Shown here: in pieces, positions 60,545-64,000 of the stretch
How the letters are laid out: each line of letters starts with the position of its first letter
Numbering within the stretch: position 1 is the first letter of the stretch
Source: Bacteroidota bacterium
GTDB taxonomy: Bacteria > Bacteroidota > Bacteroidia > UBA7662
Reading direction: 5' to 3'
Assembly (NCBI GenBank): GCA_036787895.1
Contig: DAIQOK010000014.1
Coordinates: 5,415 to 69,414 of the forward strand
Length of the DNA: 64,000 nt
Program-made: the position numbers and the translations under genes
Notes under the pieces: generated by a model
The model's input: the letters and a program-made list of their open reading frames with translations, nothing else
Told to the model about the DNA's origin: nothing
The model's database searches: none

Positions 60545-62131
60545 ATGAAAAAATTACTACTACTCATCGGCTTCAGTCTGATTGCATTTAGCGGTTGGGC
60601 ACAAACATTTACAGTACAAGGTCACGTACGCGACCTGGCTCAGGTAGGTATCCCCAATCAGGCAGTCTACCTAAATTCTAATCCCAATACGGCTACTGGC
60701 TGGGATACGGTTTATACCAATGCCTCAGGTTTTTATAGTATTAGTTATGCCTCCGCACCCAGTACCCAAGGAGTAATAGTAGCCTTGACTAATTGTGGGA
60801 GTAATTTCGACAGTACAACAGGCTTCTATTCACCGGCCAATATGACGGTTACACTCAATCTGGTATGTCGTGGTAGCAATCCGCCACAGGGCACTGGTTG
60901 GTTAAATGGTTGGGTTAGTCCTGTTGCTGCCGGGGATACTGCAATGATAGAATTATACGCTATGCGCGGCGGTGCCATCTTATTGGATACGGTGATTTAC
61001 CGCTGGGATACTATCCAAGCGGGATTGATTAATTATGGCTTTAGACTCGTTCCGGGCAACTATCTCGTCAAAGCTCAGTTGACCCCGGGTTCGGCGAATG
61101 CCGCTACTTATTTGCCTACCTATTATGGCCAAACTACTTTACTGGCACAGGCTGTCGTTATCAATATTCAATCAGGCATTAGCATCAATACGAATAATAT
61201 CACCCTGCTTACCACGGCCTCTAACAATATGTTTTTTGTAAGTGGTTTCGTCAATGGTTTTACCCCGGCAGTAGCAGCGATGGATACTGTACGAGTGATA
61301 CTCATTCACATTAACAATAACGGCTGGACGCCTATTGACACCATGCTGGCTACAGATTCAGCACGTAATGGTTCGGCCTTTTATTGGTTCCGTACCAATA
61401 CCGCTGGCAATTACAGCATACTGGCCACCCTCACAACCGGTAATGCTTCTTCTTACTTACCCACCTATTTTGGCAATGTAAGCACCTGGAGTGCAGCCAA
61501 CTTGTTCAATTTTGGTCCGGCCACCTTACAACGTTCAGCCAACATTACCTTGCTTCCCGGTTCCGGTGGTGGCAATGGCGGCAGTCGAATTCGTGGTGGC
61601 ATCTTCCCCGGTTTGCCTTTCGTTAATTCTGGTGGCATAGCCGGCATTCAGGTTCAGTTGATGGATGTTCAGGACAATGTGCTGCTCGCTACCCATAGTC
61701 GTACCGACGGTGGATACGAATTGGGTAATCTTGCCTTCGGCACCTACAAAGTACGTGTTGAACACTTTGGGCTGACTTCAGCGGTAAGCACCATTACTCT
61801 CGATGCCAGCAACCCCAATGCCGATGGCATAAACTTCACCATCAATGGTAATAGTGTGGCCACGAGCATCGCTGAGGCCGAATTTAAGTTGCAAAGTATT
61901 TATCCGAATCCGGCCAGTGGTTCGGTTCAACTTCAACTTTCTGCTCTTTCCGGACAACAACGCAACATCAGTCTGCGCGATCTGCAAGGCCGTATCGTGA
62001 GCACGCTCCATGTACAGCTCGAAACCGGTGAGCAAACGATTCACTTCCCACTCGACGGTATTGCCCCAGGTATGTATATGCTGAGTATTGACGGACGTAC
62101 ACCAAGCATGCACAAACTAATCGTACGATAA
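60545..62131 (+). CDS. secreted protein with T9SS type-A C-terminal sorting domain, carboxypeptidase-regulatory-like repeats
   Basis: Signal peptide MKKLLLLIGFSLIAFSGWAQ. C-terminus LQSIYPNPASGSVQLQL...GMYMLSI is the Por tail. Start trimmed to the signal-peptide Met. Confidence 0.7.
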   Translation: MKKLLLLIGFSLIAFSGWAQTFTVQGHVRDLAQVGIPNQAVYLNSNPNTATGWDTVYTNASGFYSISYASAPSTQGVIVALTNCGSNFDSTTGFYSPANMTVTLNLVCRGSNPPQGTGWLNGWVSPVAAGDTAMIELYAMRGGAILLDTVIYRWDTIQAGLINYGFRLVPGNYLVKAQLTPGSANAATYLPTYYGQTTLLAQAVVINIQSGISINTNNITLLTTASNNMFFVSGFVNGFTPAVAAMDTVRVILIHINNNGWTPIDTMLATDSARNGSAFYWFRTNTAGNYSILATLTTGNASSYLPTYFGNVSTWSAANLFNFGPATLQRSANITLLPGSGGGNGGSRIRGGIFPGLPFVNSGGIAGIQVQLMDVQDNVLLATHSRTDGGYELGNLAFGTYKVRVEHFGLTSAVSTITLDASNPNADGINFTINGNSVATSIAEAEFKLQSIYPNPASGSVQLQLSALSGQQRNISLRDLQGRIVSTLHVQLETGEQTIHFPLDGIAPGMYMLSIDGRTPSMHKLIVR

Positions 62132-62146
62132 ACTAACCCCTTCCAT

Positions 62147-62184
62147 ACAACAGGGTGGGCTCGTCCCGCCCTGTTGTATTTGTT
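62147..62184 (+). terminator. Rho-independent terminator after the T9SS cargo gene
   Basis: acaacagggtggg-ctcgt-cccgccctgttgt: a 13-bp stem with one mismatch, then ATTTGTT. Confidence 0.5.
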
Positions 62185-62742
62185 ATGGAAATTGGTACCG
62201 ACCTCCTCAATGATTGCCTGAAAAAAAAACAGGCAGCCGTGCATCAGCTGTACAAAAGCTGTTTCAGCAAACTCATGCAAATTGCCATGCGTTACGCCCG
62301 CGACAAGGAGGAAGCAACCGAACTGCTCAACATTGCTTTTGTTCGCATCATCTATCAATTGCCAAAATACAACCGCAACCTGCCCTTCCCACAATGGATG
62401 CATCGGGTAGCGGTAAATGTGATCATCGACCGATTCAGGTCAGAAAAACGCTACCGCAGTCTACAGCGTCAAGCCGAAGACTACAGCCAACTCGAACAGG
62501 ACGAACCTCAGGCCAATAGCATCGATGATCAGATTGGCTATAATTATCTGCTGGATTTGATCCGTAGCTTGCCGCCCATGACTGCTCATGTTTTTAACCT
62601 CTATGCTGTAGATGGTTTTAAACACCGGGAGATAGGCGAACTGCTCGGCATCAGCGAAAACACCTCGAAATGGCATGTAAACCAGGCTAGAAATCTGTTG
62701 CAAGCCATGCTTAACGAAACTAAAGTACACCGAAATGCCTAA
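62185..62742 (+). CDS. RNA polymerase sigma-70 factor, ECF subfamily
   Basis: Region 2 (LLNIAFVRIIYQL..., DRFRSEKR). Region 4 HTH (REIGELLGISENTSKWHVNQARNLL). Confidence 0.8.
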   Translation: MEIGTDLLNDCLKKKQAAVHQLYKSCFSKLMQIAMRYARDKEEATELLNIAFVRIIYQLPKYNRNLPFPQWMHRVAVNVIIDRFRSEKRYRSLQRQAEDYSQLEQDEPQANSIDDQIGYNYLLDLIRSLPPMTAHVFNLYAVDGFKHREIGELLGISENTSKWHVNQARNLLQAMLNETKVHRNA

Positions 62743-63892
62743 GGAGAACTTCGACGCATCGGTCAAACGAATACTCGAACAAACCGAGTTCGCTTACGAC
62801 CCGGCTGCCTGGGATCAAGCGCAACGTTTGTTGGCAGCAGAACGCAATCGCCGCCTTGGTGGCTGGTGGTGGACGCTTTTATTGCTGGCTGTGAGCACAC
62901 TTGTGGGCGCCGGTATCAGCGGCCTGCAGGAACTAGGCCCACCAACGATTTTGACAACTGCACCAGCTGTGACCACCAGCCAGCAAAGCTCGGCTTCATC
63001 AAAAAACATCCCACTAGAGGCTCCAACTTCCCATGCAGAGAGTAAGCTGTACGTTATCTATCAGGCAGATAGCAGCCAGCCGGCAAAAAAATCGCCAGTT
63101 CGACTGATTAACCAAGCCCGGGAAAACCACCCTTCCTCAAGCCTCGCTGATAGTATTCGGCCCGAAATCAATACCTTCGAATTTATTTACAGCCGTCCTG
63201 GTAAATTGATCAGCCGTCTGAATTCACCATTGCCATTCACAGCCAGTCAGCGTGAAGTTCCAGCTTTCGATTTTAAATATGACACTCGACCAACGAAACA
63301 AGCTCGTCAAAGTAGTTTGGCTGCTTTTGCTTGGGCTGGTCAGCAAGGCAGAAATTCCGAAAACAATGTATTGCAACAACAATACGGACTCGGCATGAAT
63401 TGGCAATGGGAAATGCGACCAGGCCTTAGCCTGCAGTTAGGTGCTGCACTGGGTTACAATATCGGTTTCAGCTATAGCCGTCAGAAAAGCGACACCACTT
63501 ATGGATTTGGACGAACCATCACTACTCAAACGACCAATGTAGGTAATTACTGGCAATTCCAATTACCTGTTGGTCTCGTTTACCGTATAGCTCCCAAACA
63601 TCAGCTGGAGCTGGGAGCTGCTTACCACTCCTACCTCGGTTCACATTACCAATTACAAACAACCATGATTGGGGAGGATATGATAAACAGCAGCAATGAG
63701 CAGCTGCGTGGTAAAATTTCGGGTATTGGCCTTTCTCCATGGAGCTGGCATACCGGCTATCGGTATACGTTCAACGAGGCCTTTGCGCTGGGCCTTCGTT
63801 ATCAACAACAAAGTCGCCCGGGCATGTTTTTCCCAGCCGAAAAATCCTTTCGTTTTGTACTCCACTATCACTTTTATCGCTTCAGCTTATGA
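62735..63892 (+). CDS. putative anti-sigma factor / membrane protein with beta-rich C-terminal domain
   Basis: Overlaps the sigma gene by 8 bp. About 45 cytoplasmic residues, then a TM helix (WWWTLLLLAVSTLVGAG), then a periplasmic beta-rich domain. Confidence 0.4.
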   Translation: MPKENFDASVKRILEQTEFAYDPAAWDQAQRLLAAERNRRLGGWWWTLLLLAVSTLVGAGISGLQELGPPTILTTAPAVTTSQQSSASSKNIPLEAPTSHAESKLYVIYQADSSQPAKKSPVRLINQARENHPSSSLADSIRPEINTFEFIYSRPGKLISRLNSPLPFTASQREVPAFDFKYDTRPTKQARQSSLAAFAWAGQQGRNSENNVLQQQYGLGMNWQWEMRPGLSLQLGAALGYNIGFSYSRQKSDTTYGFGRTITTQTTNVGNYWQFQLPVGLVYRIAPKHQLELGAAYHSYLGSHYQLQTTMIGEDMINSSNEQLRGKISGIGLSPWSWHTGYRYTFNEAFALGLRYQQQSRPGMFFPAEKSFRFVLHYHFYRFSL

Positions 63893-64000
63893 AAAAGATG
63901 TTTGTTCTAAGCGCTTTTACCCTATTCTTTATCAGCTGCAGGGAAACTGAACTGCCCAGCGGTGGAGGACAATTGAATCTGCCCGAGTTTGAGTTGAGCG
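63889..64000 (+). CDS. lipoprotein, 5' fragment (continues beyond window)
   Basis: MKKMFVLSAFTLFFISCRE contains a lipobox. Overlaps the upstream stop. No stop before the window end. Confidence 0.35.
   Translation, partial: MKKMFVLSAFTLFFISCRETELPSGGGQLNLPEFELS

Overview
This is a densely coded 64 kb chromosomal segment that looks Bacteroidota, based on gene content alone: a gldKLMN type IX secretion operon, C-terminal sorting-domain cargo proteins, Bacteroidota-style hemD with a DUF4271 neighbour, and a caa3 oxidase with a cytochrome c-fused subunit II. No rRNA, tRNA, CRISPR array, transposase or integrase was recognised. Left to right the window contains: a TonB-dependent receptor 3' fragment with a DUF4249-like lipoprotein; kynurenine 3-monooxygenase with a convergent cyclase-family (putative kynurenine formamidase) gene; hemW; a cytoplasmic vWA protein; porP/sprF-gldK-gldL-gldM-gldN; an outer-membrane protein, DUF4271 and hemD operon; a ChlI/MoxR-like AAA+ gene immediately followed by an AddA-like UvrD helicase-nuclease; phosphoglucomutase; a two-gene operon of type IX secretion cargo proteins bracketed by a dispersed ~93-bp palindromic repeat family; recQ; tetR with an alpha/beta hydrolase; sucD; mlaFE-like ABC genes; an SDR oxidoreductase; an AT-rich islet holding an MntA/HepT toxin-antitoxin pair with a frameshifted HepT; an OlsB/OlsA-like aminolipid acyltransferase pair; an 11-gene caa3 cytochrome oxidase/heme A operon; a signalling cluster (tandem USP, histidine kinase-AraC hybrid, an unknown protein, three tandem TPR-TM-class III adenylate cyclase paralogs and an HD-domain protein); fabG; a vWA membrane protein; and a third type IX cargo protein followed by an ECF sigma and anti-sigma-like pair. 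The observations I rank highest are the cyclase array with its conserved catalytic cassette, the repeat-bracketed cargo operon with a G7 tract that separates its only plausible start codon from its signal peptide, and the AAA+ plus helicase-nuclease pairing.
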